From contig DAOSUL010000004.1 of NCBI GenBank assembly GCA_035378685.1, positions 3,562 through 67,561 of the forward strand: a stretch of 64,000 nucleotides of DNA. The letters run 5' to 3'. Origin of the DNA: Clostridiales bacterium (GTDB lineage: Bacteria; Bacillota; Clostridia; Acetivibrionales; DTU013). This document shows, in pieces, positions 17,409-26,170 of the stretch (positions are counted from its first letter, which is position 1; each line of letters begins with the position of its first letter). Position numbers and translations under genes: made by a program. Below the pieces are notes generated by a model. The model was not told where the DNA came from, made no database searches, and saw only the letters and a program-made list of their open reading frames with translations.

Positions 17409-18005
17409 ATGAAAAAAGGATGGAATAACCCGTTTTATATCGATCCGGCCGCAAAATCCGGTCTTTCACCTGATCCAGGTATCCTGAGGGCGCTGGCTGC
17501 GGACCAGAGAAACAGACGCGGTATTGGCGGGGCGAGTGGCTATGCGCATGGCGTGACATTTGGAAGGTCACAGCCGGTCCGGCCTGACGCTCGTGCCATG
17601 GGACAGGGCGCTGCCGGGACCCGGGGCGTGGCGGGCGGCCCTGCAGTTAAGGCAGCAGGGGCACCGGAAGCTCTTTCTGACGCAGCAAGGGTGATGCGAG
17701 GTACAGGAACTGCAGGATCCACCGGGTCTGCCGGTCCTGTCCGGACGGGTTCCCTGTCAGCGGGAAAACCAGGATATGAAGCCGGTGCAGCTGGCAACCA
17801 TGCGAAGACAGGTTCAGGGACGGCAAACAAGACAGCCAGCAAAAATCCGGGAGGTAATCCGGGCCGCGCTCAGACCAGCGCTGCCTCCCGGTATGCGGAC
17901 GGCCTCGGACTGCTCTTTTCAGAAGACGATCTGCTCAGGGGATTCATCATGGCCGAGGTGCTTGGCAGGCCCAAGTGCCTGAGAAGAGGCGGTGGCTTGT
18001 TTTGA
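17409..18005 (+). CDS. hypothetical Gly/Ala/Pro-rich protein with an ordered C-terminal motif
   Basis: ORF with an ATG start. Its TGA stop overlaps the TTG start of the next gene (TTGA). The C-terminus LLFSEDDLLRGFIMAEVLGRPKCLRR looks non-repetitive. Confidence 0.5.
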   Translation: MKKGWNNPFYIDPAAKSGLSPDPGILRALAADQRNRRGIGGASGYAHGVTFGRSQPVRPDARAMGQGAAGTRGVAGGPAVKAAGAPEALSDAARVMRGTGTAGSTGSAGPVRTGSLSAGKPGYEAGAAGNHAKTGSGTANKTASKNPGGNPGRAQTSAASRYADGLGLLFSEDDLLRGFIMAEVLGRPKCLRRGGGLF

Positions 18006-18802
18006 GCATAAAAGTTCTGATAGCTGATGATGACGAGGGTATGAGGCTCGTTCTGAAAAAAGCCGTGGAGAGATCCGGCGGTTTCGTTATCGCAGGCGAA
18101 GCGGAGGACGGCGGCGCCGCTCTCCGCCTTTTTGAATCAGAGCGGCCGGGCGTCGTGTTTCTCGATGTTGAGATGCCGGTCATGTCGGGCATCGAGTGCG
18201 CCAAGAGGATCGCTGACATAGATCCCAGGACCGTCATCATTTTTGCAACAGCCCATGAATCATATATGCCTGAAGCTTTCGAGGTATATGCCTTCGATTA
18301 TCTTATCAAACCATTCAGATTGCAGCGCCTTGAACAGACGTTGGAAAGGATAAAAAGCATCGGCAGGTTCAGGCATGGAGCATATGAGAACAGGGAGCAA
18401 GGCAGCCGGGACGGGGAGCAAAACAGACCGGACAAAACAGCCGCGCCGGCCGGTGCGCCAAAAAAACCGAATTTCCACAAAAAACTGATTATCCGGAACA
18501 AAGAAGGCATAAGCATTGTCGATACGAAGGAAATCATCCTGATACAACGGGAAGACAAGTCTACGGCGGTCTATACGGCACAGGACAGGTACATCACATC
18601 CGAGAGCCTGGGTGATATAGAGCAGAGGCTTGAGGGCAGTGAGTTCATGAGTTGCCACAAGTCATATATAATAAACATCAACTATATTGACAGGATCTAT
18701 CCGTATGGACGCTGGACATATATCGTAAAGCTTAAGGGGACCGACAAGGATGCGCTGATGACCCGCGAAAGCTTTGAGAAGCTTGAGGAGATACTGGAGT
18801 AG
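18002..18802 (+). CDS. LytTR-family response regulator
   Basis: REC domain (KVLIADDD, FLDVEMPVMSG, KPF) and a LytTR DNA-binding domain (IILIQREDKSTAVYT...FMSCHKSYIININYI). Start assigned to the TTG at 18002; the ORF track start is 17975. Confidence 0.88.
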   Translation: MSIKVLIADDDEGMRLVLKKAVERSGGFVIAGEAEDGGAALRLFESERPGVVFLDVEMPVMSGIECAKRIADIDPRTVIIFATAHESYMPEAFEVYAFDYLIKPFRLQRLEQTLERIKSIGRFRHGAYENREQGSRDGEQNRPDKTAAPAGAPKKPNFHKKLIIRNKEGISIVDTKEIILIQREDKSTAVYTAQDRYITSESLGDIEQRLEGSEFMSCHKSYIININYIDRIYPYGRWTYIVKLKGTDKDALMTRESFEKLEEILE

Positions 18803-18911
18803 CACCATCTCATTTGTTCATTGATTTTAGAAAGTTTGCAGCGTTGTCATTTTTGCTGCAGAATTCCTGAGTACCGCTCACGGTACCGGGCAGCGCGCCA
18901 GGTTCTCCTGG

Positions 18912-20873
18912 TTATTTACGTGGGTTTTTATCCGGGACCGTTTTATATATCTCCGGCTTGAATATCACGACTGCCAGCGGAGGCACACAAATATCGATGG
19001 AATATGGCCGTCCGTCGTGACCCTCCGGGTTTGCCCGGACGCCGCCGAAATTTCCGACATTGCTGCCGCCGTACATTTCTGAGTCGCTGTTCAGTATTTC
19101 CCTGTAGTATGTGTCATAAGGGACGCCGATCCTGTAACCGCTGCGGACGACAGGCGTGAAATTGCACACGAACACCAGCGTATCCTCAGGTTTTGAGCCT
19201 TTGCGGAGGAAGGACACTGTGCTGTTGTCCCGGTCATTGCAGTTGATCCATTCGAACCCGTCATAGCTGAAGTCGATCTCGTGCATCGCCTTTTCCGTCC
19301 TGTAAAGCATGTTCAGGTCGCGCACGTAGTCCCTGAGCCTGCGGTGCATATCGTAATCAAGCAGGTGCCAGTCAAGGCTCTGGTTGAAATTCCACTCTAT
19401 AAACTGTCCGAACTCATTGCCCATGAACATCAGCTTCTTACCAGGGTGGCCGAACATGTAACCGTAAGTCACCCTGAGCCCGGCGAACTTCTGCCAGTAG
19501 TCGCCGGGCATCTTGCCTATCATCGAGCGTTTGCCGTGCACCACCTCGTCATGGGACAGCACCAGTATGAAATTTTCGCTCATCGCATACATTATCGAGA
19601 ATGTCAGCAGTTCATGGTGATACTTCCTGTAGACCGGGTCCATGCTCACATACCTGAGGTAATCGTTCATCCAGCCCATGTTCCATTTGTATGAGAACCC
19701 GAGGCCGCCTGTATAGGGAGGTTTCGTTATCATCGGCCACGTGGTGGATTCCTCGGCTATCATCATTATCCCCGGGAAATGGCTGAATACCGCTGAATTG
19801 AGCTGCTTCAGGAACCCGATGGCTCCGAGGTTTTCCTTTCCGCCGTATTCGTTGGGTATCCATTCGCCCTCTTTCCTTCCGTAGTCCAGGTAAAGCATGG
19901 AGGCCACGGCATCGACCCTGATGCCGTCGACATGGTACTTGTCGAACCAGAATACCGCGTTGGAGACGAGGAAACTCCTGACCTCGTTGCGGGAATAGTT
20001 GAATATGTAAGTGCCCCAGTCGGGGTGTTCGCCCCGGCGCGGGTCCAGGTGCTCGTACAGCGCAGTGCCGTCGAACCTTGCAAGCCCGTGGGCGTCTTTA
20101 GGGAAATGGGCAGGCACCCAGTCGATGATCACGCCGATCCCGTTCAGGTGGCACTGGTCCACGAAATACATGAAATCCTCGGGCCGCCCATAGCGGCTGG
20201 TGACTGAATAGTAGCCGGTGACCTGGTATCCCCATGAATCATCGAGGGGATGCTCTGAAACAGGCAGCAGTTCTATATGGGTGTAGCCCATATCCTTAAC
20301 ATATTGCACCAGCTTGCCCGCAAATTCCCTGTACGTCATGAAGCGGTTGCCTTCGGCACGTGCCCATGAACCGAGATGCACTTCATATATGGATACCGGT
20401 TTGTCGAACGTGTTGCCGGCATCCCTGTTTTTGATCCATTCATCATCATGCCACTCGTATGTGCCCAGTTCGCATACTACTGAAGCCGTGCCCGGCCGGA
20501 GTTCGCTGTGGAAAGCATAAGGATCGGCTTTCAGGATGATGTCGTCCGATTGCGTACGTATCTCGTACTTGTATACTTCGCCCGGATGGATATCAGGAAT
20601 AAATGCAGCCCACACTCCCGAGCTTCCCATGGGTTTCAGCGGATGGGCTCGCCCGTCCCAGTGGTTGTAATTGCAGACAAGGCTGACGCTTTTCGCATTG
20701 GGTGCCCAGACTGCAAAATGCGTACCAGTCCGGCCGTTGACCGTCATGGGGTGAGCGCCGAGCTTTTCGTATATTTTCTGATGGCTGCCTTCATTGAAAA
20801 GGTAAAGGTCATAATCCGTGATGAATGCAGCTGAAACATCCGCACCTTCATTGACGTTTATCCGAAGACTCAT
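18912..20873 (-). CDS. glgB: 1,4-alpha-glucan branching enzyme
   Basis: DWVPAHF, GIRVDAVASM, MIAEEST, LSHDEVVHGK. ATG at 20873 has the better RBS (GGGGAGAA); an alternative ATG is at 20930. Confidence 0.93.
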   Translation of the reverse strand: MSLRINVNEGADVSAAFITDYDLYLFNEGSHQKIYEKLGAHPMTVNGRTGTHFAVWAPNAKSVSLVCNYNHWDGRAHPLKPMGSSGVWAAFIPDIHPGEVYKYEIRTQSDDIILKADPYAFHSELRPGTASVVCELGTYEWHDDEWIKNRDAGNTFDKPVSIYEVHLGSWARAEGNRFMTYREFAGKLVQYVKDMGYTHIELLPVSEHPLDDSWGYQVTGYYSVTSRYGRPEDFMYFVDQCHLNGIGVIIDWVPAHFPKDAHGLARFDGTALYEHLDPRRGEHPDWGTYIFNYSRNEVRSFLVSNAVFWFDKYHVDGIRVDAVASMLYLDYGRKEGEWIPNEYGGKENLGAIGFLKQLNSAVFSHFPGIMMIAEESTTWPMITKPPYTGGLGFSYKWNMGWMNDYLRYVSMDPVYRKYHHELLTFSIMYAMSENFILVLSHDEVVHGKRSMIGKMPGDYWQKFAGLRVTYGYMFGHPGKKLMFMGNEFGQFIEWNFNQSLDWHLLDYDMHRRLRDYVRDLNMLYRTEKAMHEIDFSYDGFEWINCNDRDNSTVSFLRKGSKPEDTLVFVCNFTPVVRSGYRIGVPYDTYYREILNSDSEMYGGSNVGNFGGVRANPEGHDGRPYSIDICVPPLAVVIFKPEIYKTVPDKNPRK

Positions 20874-21139
20874 CCTTTTTATTCTCCCCGCAGCACGTTT
20901 TTTGTGAAGTCCGGACTGATTTTCGCTCATTTGCCGGACCTGGCCGACATCGTCAGTATCTGTTCCGTATGGCTGGGAAGCTACCCGGTGCCATAGCCGG
21001 CATGCCGCCCGCTTTGTGTGGCTGAATAACCGTTAAATACGCACATCCTGTATGGCGCCTGGTGTATGCAGCAGGCAGCTGCCCATCAGGAGCATGGCTA
21101 ATGTCCGCACAACCATGTATATGCATATCTTTGCTCATA

Positions 21140-21337
21140 TTACTGTATTTTTCTCTTAAACACCGCGATGACATGCCTGGACTGGCCTTCCGCCATATTG
21201 GTGTCAAAGCATGAGACCAGTTCCCATCCTTCAGCGCCCATTTCGTTCAGCGTTGCCTGGAAAGTGTCCAGGTCGAGGATACCTCCCAAAAAGCCTTTCA
21301 GATCGAACCTGACTGTCTGGTACTGCCATCTGTCCAC
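21140..21337 (-). CDS. DUF4177 domain protein
   Basis: WQYQTVRFDLKGFLGGILDLDTFQATLNEMGAEGWELVSCF. GTG at 21337 follows AAAGGAGAGG; the ORF track start at 21454 is probably too long. Confidence 0.65.
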   Translation of the reverse strand: MDRWQYQTVRFDLKGFLGGILDLDTFQATLNEMGAEGWELVSCFDTNMAEGQSRHVIAVFKRKIQ

Positions 21338-21513
21338 AGAAACCTCTCCTTTCACCGTCGGTATCCTTTCGCCGCCGGTATAGCAGGCCGCACCTGTATG
21401 GACTGATCCGGCCGTGCTTACGGATGCCGGCTGGTCTGATGCCGTCATCAACATTATACTACTATTCCCGGCACTTTTCCTCCCGGGTATGGTTTTCGGG
21501 TGTCGCGGACTGA

Positions 21514-21664
21514 TTTTCCCGGGGCCGGGAGCTGCTTTTCCACGGACCGGGACGTTTCTTGCTGTAAAGGCTCTTCCCCGGACCTGGGACGGGTCTTCAT
21601 CAAAGGATCTTCACCCGGGCCGGGGATGGTTCGTTCCGGAACCGCTTTTTCCCGGGCTGGGGAT
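21514..21664. repeat. degenerate repeat array, TTYCCNCGGRCCKGGGA-like, five copies
   Basis: Copies start at 21514, 21536, 21574, 21610 and 21647, with spacings of 22, 38, 36 and 37 nt. Confidence 0.6.
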
Positions 21665-21985
21665 GGTTTGTTCCCGGAAATGCCGATGCTGGTTTCACAA
21701 GCAATTTAGATATGATAAAAAATTAACATATACATGGAAGCGATAATGTAGTAAAATAAGACATGGCATGTTTGCCAGACTTTTCACACAACAGCTGAAA
21801 AATATGGCAGTTTCGGGGAAAACCGGCGCGGAAATCCGGGCAGTTCCGGCGTCACGATATCGACGATATCAGTTCCGGCATAAAGATATCAGTTGCGGCG
21901 ACATGATGCTTGATGACCGGCCTGCGCTGCACCGGAGGACCGGCTGTTGAACAACGATAAAATCAATTATGAAAGGGGTCATAGA

Positions 21986-22678
21986 ATGATTTACTCACAT
22001 GAGGTTGAAAGAATGACGTGTGTTGCAAAAGGGCCGAACCATGGTCCGGCACCGATCCCTCAGGAAGGGAAATGGGTACAGGCCAAAGAGATCAAGGACA
22101 TTTCCGGCCTTACGCACGGAGTGGGCTGGTGCGCGCCTCAGCAGGGTACCTGCAAGCTCACCCTGAACGTCAAGGACGGGATAATCCAGGAAGCCCTGGT
22201 GGAGACGGTCGGATGCTCCGGAATGACACATTCAGCCGCCATGGCAGCGGAGATACTCCCTGGCAAAACGATACTTGAGGCACTGAACACAGACCTGGTC
22301 TGCGACGCCATCAATACGGCCATGAGGGAACTGTTCCTCCAGATAGTTTACGGCAGGAGCCAGACTGCTTTCTCGGAAGGCGGACTTCCTGTCGGCGCGG
22401 CTCTCGAGGATCTTGGAAAAGGCCTGAGGAGCCAGGTGGGAACCATGTACGGAACACTGGCCAAGGGACCCAGGTATCTTGAAATGGCTGAAGGCTATGT
22501 GACCCGTCTCGCGCTTGACGAAAATGATGAGATCATTGGCTATGAATTCGTACATCTCGGCAGGATGATGGAAATGATAAGGAAGGGCACGGACGCCAAT
22601 GAAGCCATGAAGAAGGCAACGAACAGGTACGGCAGGTTCGATGAAGGCGTAAAATTCGTCGATCCGAGAGAAGAATAA
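21986..22678 (+). CDS. NifU/IscU N-terminal-like domain protein, partner of the GGGtGRT protein
   Basis: GVGWCAPQQGTCKLTLNVKDGIIQEALVETVGCSGMTHSAAMAAEILPGKTILEA resembles the IscU scaffold core. ATG at 21986 lies 7 nt after GAAAGGGG. Confidence 0.7.
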   Translation: MIYSHEVERMTCVAKGPNHGPAPIPQEGKWVQAKEIKDISGLTHGVGWCAPQQGTCKLTLNVKDGIIQEALVETVGCSGMTHSAAMAAEILPGKTILEALNTDLVCDAINTAMRELFLQIVYGRSQTAFSEGGLPVGAALEDLGKGLRSQVGTMYGTLAKGPRYLEMAEGYVTRLALDENDEIIGYEFVHLGRMMEMIRKGTDANEAMKKATNRYGRFDEGVKFVDPREE

Positions 22679-22697
22679 ACGGGGGAGGGTCAAGGAC

Positions 22698-23699
22698 ATG
22701 GCATTGTTTGAAGGTTATGAAAGAAGGATAAACCAGATAAATGCCGCACTGAGCAAGTACGGCATTGCTTCGATCGAAGAAGCCAGAAAGATATGCGAAG
22801 AAAAGGGCATCGATGTGCATGGCATCGTAAAGGGGATCCAGCCGATCTGCTTTGAGAATGCATGCTGGGCATATACTGTAGGCGCTGCCATAGCTATCAA
22901 GAAAGGATGCAGGAAGGCAGCCGATGCTGCAGAAGCTATAGGCGAAGGACTGCAGTCATTCTGCATCCCTGGTTCGGTCGCCGATGAAAGGAAGGTCGGC
23001 CTCGGCCACGGCAGGCTCGGAGCCATGCTGCTCCGCGAAGAGACAAAGTGCTTCGCTTTCCTGGCAGGACATGAATCCTTTGCTGCCGCAGAGGGTGCCA
23101 TAGGCATAGCAAAATCCGCCAACAAGGTAAGGAAGGAACCCCTCAGGGTAATACTCAACGGTCTTGGAAAGGATGCCGCCCAGATAATCTCAAGGATCAA
23201 CGGCTTTACATATGTCCAGACCAAATTCGATTACAGCACAGGCAAGCTCGGGATAGTAAAGGAGATCCCCTACTCGAACGGCGAGAGGGCCAAGGTAAGA
23301 TGCTACGGTGCCGACGATGTGCGCGAAGGCGTTGCCATTATGCACCATGAAAAAGTCGACATCTCCATCACCGGAAACTCCACCAACCCGACGAGGTTCC
23401 AGCATCCCGTGGCAGGAACCTACAAGAAGGAATGCAATGAGCTGGGCAGGAAATATTTCTCGGTCGCTTCCGGCGGAGGCACCGGAAGAACGCTGCATCC
23501 GGACAATATGGCTGCAGGCCCTGCTTCTTACGGCATGACCGATACAATGGGCAGGATGCATTCCGACGCCCAGTTCGCAGGATCATCATCGGTACCTGCT
23601 CACGTTGAGATGATGGGACTCATCGGCATGGGCAACAACCCGATGGTCGGTGCAACCGTCTCCGTGGCTGTCGCCGTCGAAGAGGCAATGAACAGGTAA
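22698..23699 (+). CDS. GGGtGRT family protein (function unknown)
   Basis: Contains the eponymous SGGGTGRT motif. Length about 333 aa. Starts 19 nt after the upstream stop, with a GGGGGAGGG RBS. Confidence 0.85.
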   Translation: MALFEGYERRINQINAALSKYGIASIEEARKICEEKGIDVHGIVKGIQPICFENACWAYTVGAAIAIKKGCRKAADAAEAIGEGLQSFCIPGSVADERKVGLGHGRLGAMLLREETKCFAFLAGHESFAAAEGAIGIAKSANKVRKEPLRVILNGLGKDAAQIISRINGFTYVQTKFDYSTGKLGIVKEIPYSNGERAKVRCYGADDVREGVAIMHHEKVDISITGNSTNPTRFQHPVAGTYKKECNELGRKYFSVASGGGTGRTLHPDNMAAGPASYGMTDTMGRMHSDAQFAGSSSVPAHVEMMGLIGMGNNPMVGATVSVAVAVEEAMNR

Positions 23700-23861
23700 T
23701 TCCTGTAGGCCGTATGACTGCAGTGACAGATGATATCGGCAGTATCAGGCGATATTGCCGGAGTTCCGGGAAATTATCCCGATGATCATCCGGGCAGTTA
23801 AGAAAAAAGGTTCAGAAACCGGATAAAAACCGGATAATCCGGTCCGCAGACAAACAAAATT

Positions 23862-23894
23862 GCCGCTCTGCGTAAATGCAGGGCGGCTTTCTTT
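23862..23894. terminator. bidirectional terminator between convergent GGGtGRT and manA genes
   Basis: GCCGCTCTGC...GCAGGGCGGC stem, with a T-rich run on both strands. Confidence 0.7.
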
Positions 23895-23909
23895 GCTTTA
23901 CTGAGTCGA

Positions 23910-24980
23910 TCATTTCAGCCCGTGCTGCAAGGACTCCCTGAGGCCTGCTATTTCGGAGAATACCAACTCTTCCGAAAATCCTGCATCCAAAAGCGGCCGG
24001 AGAACATCCTTTTCAGGATCGGGCTTGTATGTTTTCAGTGCGGTCATATTTCCTTCCAGCGCATATTTGCCCATGGCGGCGGGGATAAGCACGGATTCGC
24101 CTGCCCTGACAGGAAGCCGGCCTTCTTCCCATTCGATGGTGCCTGACCCCGAAACGAACACATAGATGTGGAACCTGCTTCCGTCGGCGATGTCATCTGC
24201 CGAGCCGCTGACATCGTATATCTCCGTGCAGAAGTAGCGGTTCGCGACCACTATCCTGCGCGTGCTGCCTGCTGAAAGCGGGAGCGTTATGCCGGTGCAC
24301 TTTTTCCCTGTGCCGGCCGAACTGAAGTTTATAACGTCAAGCGCCTTCTGTATATGCAGTTCCCTCCCGACGCGCCCGTAATCATACACCCTGTAAGTCG
24401 TGTCGGAGTTCTGCTGGATCTCTGCGATGATTATGCCTTTGCCTATTGCGTGGATCATGCCCGCAGGGATGTATATGACATCGCCGGCAGACACTTCGAT
24501 GGTATTGAGACAGCTCTCCACATCGTTCCTGGCGACCGCTTCGGCGAAACTCTCGCGGGTAGTGCCCGGCACGACGTCATATACGAGCTTTGCGTCGGGT
24601 CTTGCGCTTATTATATACCACATTTCGGTTTTTCCGTATTCGCCGTTCTCATTTGCCAGGGCGTACCCGTCATCAGGATGGACCTGTACCGACAGGTTTT
24701 CCTGTGCGTCGATGAATTTTACCAGCAGCGGGAATTTATCGACATCCTGCTGCGGCAGCGCCTCGCCGATCAGCTTCCTGCCCAGCGCTTTTATCAGTCC
24801 GGGAAGGGGGATCCCCTCATATTCCCCGTTTGCCACGATACTTGAGCCATTTTTATGGCATGCTATTTCCCAGCTCTCAGCGACATTGCCCTCGGCAGGC
24901 AGAGGTTTGCCCAGGGACGCCAGGTTTCTGCCGCCCCATACGTAATCCTTGTATAATGGTTTGAACTTCAGCGGGTACAT
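23910..24980 (-). CDS. manA: class I mannose-6-phosphate isomerase
   Basis: MYPLKFKPLYKDYVWGG, SVQVHPDD, KTEMWYI, YRVYDYGR. ATG at 24980 follows GGGAGG. Confidence 0.9.
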   Translation of the reverse strand: MYPLKFKPLYKDYVWGGRNLASLGKPLPAEGNVAESWEIACHKNGSSIVANGEYEGIPLPGLIKALGRKLIGEALPQQDVDKFPLLVKFIDAQENLSVQVHPDDGYALANENGEYGKTEMWYIISARPDAKLVYDVVPGTTRESFAEAVARNDVESCLNTIEVSAGDVIYIPAGMIHAIGKGIIIAEIQQNSDTTYRVYDYGRVGRELHIQKALDVINFSSAGTGKKCTGITLPLSAGSTRRIVVANRYFCTEIYDVSGSADDIADGSRFHIYVFVSGSGTIEWEEGRLPVRAGESVLIPAAMGKYALEGNMTALKTYKPDPEKDVLRPLLDAGFSEELVFSEIAGLRESLQHGLK

Positions 24981-25397
24981 TGCTACAGCCTCCCGGATCT
25001 GTCGGTTTCCATGGGTTGACCTTTTTGCCCGGGACAGCCCGTCCCGGCAGCATAACCGTTTATTGCCGGACAGCACGTCTCTGTAGTACGTCCGGTTTAC
25101 GCACAGCAGCCCTACCTTTGCTGCAGCCGGTCCGTTCAGCCCTTCTCTGTGGTATGGGCCGTTTACGTGGCAAAGCCGGTTTCCATGGAATGATCAGATT
25201 TCTGGTAATATAAAATCAAGAGATAGTATATAGTATCAGGGATACTATTGCAATGTGATATTCAGAACTGGCCTTGTATGGTAAAATAATGTCTGATATG
25301 CAATGTATCCCGTATTGTGGCGGTATCTGCAACGTGACAGCGCACAGGCAGCGGGTCCCAGCGGGATGGCAGTCAACCGGATCGAGGCGATGAGGCT

Positions 25398-26153
25398 ATG
25401 GGAAATAATGCTGTTTCGGAAAATATAGCAGTTGAGGTAAGGAACCTTACGAAAAAATACGGAAGGAACACTGCGTTGCAGGATCTTTCCTTCGGGATCG
25501 GAAAGGGCGAGATATTCGGCCTGTTCGGTCCCAACGGGGCTGGCAAATCCACGTTCCTGTCGATACTTGCGACGATCCTGAAGCCGACTTCGGGCGACAT
25601 CATGGTTAACGGATACAGCGTACGTGAGCAGCCCGACAAAGTGAAGGGCGAGATAGGCTATGTGCCGCAGGACATCGCCCTGTACCCGATGCTTTCCGGC
25701 AGGGACAACCTGGATTTCTGGGCGGGCATATACGGTCTCCGCGGAAAACTTAAGAAGGAAAGGATCGAAGAGGCTATCGAGGTCGTCAGGCTCGGGGACA
25801 GGATAAAAGACAGGGTGTCGCATTATTCCGGCGGCATGAAGAGAAGGCTGAACATCGCCGTATCGCTGATGCACCATCCAAAGGTGCTGCTGATGGACGA
25901 GCCGACAGTCGGCGTAGATATCCAGTCCCGCAGCTTTATACTGGAAGCGCTTTCCGCGCTGAAAAAGGAAGGCAGGACCATCATATTCACCAGCCACTAC
26001 GTCGATGAACTGGAAACACTTTGTGACAGAATAGCCATCATGGCCAAGGGCAGGATTCTCGCAATGGGATCGCCCGATGAACTGAAAAAGTCCAGCGCAG
26101 CAGATGACCTGGAAACTGTGATGCTGAAACTGGCAGGTTCAAATGCAGGATAA
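25398..26153 (+). CDS. ABC transporter ATP-binding protein
   Basis: Walker A GPNGAGKST, signature YSGGMKRRL, Walker B LLMDEPT. Confidence 0.93.
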   Translation: MGNNAVSENIAVEVRNLTKKYGRNTALQDLSFGIGKGEIFGLFGPNGAGKSTFLSILATILKPTSGDIMVNGYSVREQPDKVKGEIGYVPQDIALYPMLSGRDNLDFWAGIYGLRGKLKKERIEEAIEVVRLGDRIKDRVSHYSGGMKRRLNIAVSLMHHPKVLLMDEPTVGVDIQSRSFILEALSALKKEGRTIIFTSHYVDELETLCDRIAIMAKGRILAMGSPDELKKSSAADDLETVMLKLAGSNAG

Positions 26154-26170
26154 GGCAGGGAGTGATGACA

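Noticed and set aside
21414-21746. ORFs translating spacer repeats: 21414..21746, 21500..21709, 62547..62747, 46813..47154, 53653..54178 (three overlapping).
   Set aside because: No RBS, and the translations are just periodic images of the DNA repeats or CtsR boxes. They are better explained as non-coding.
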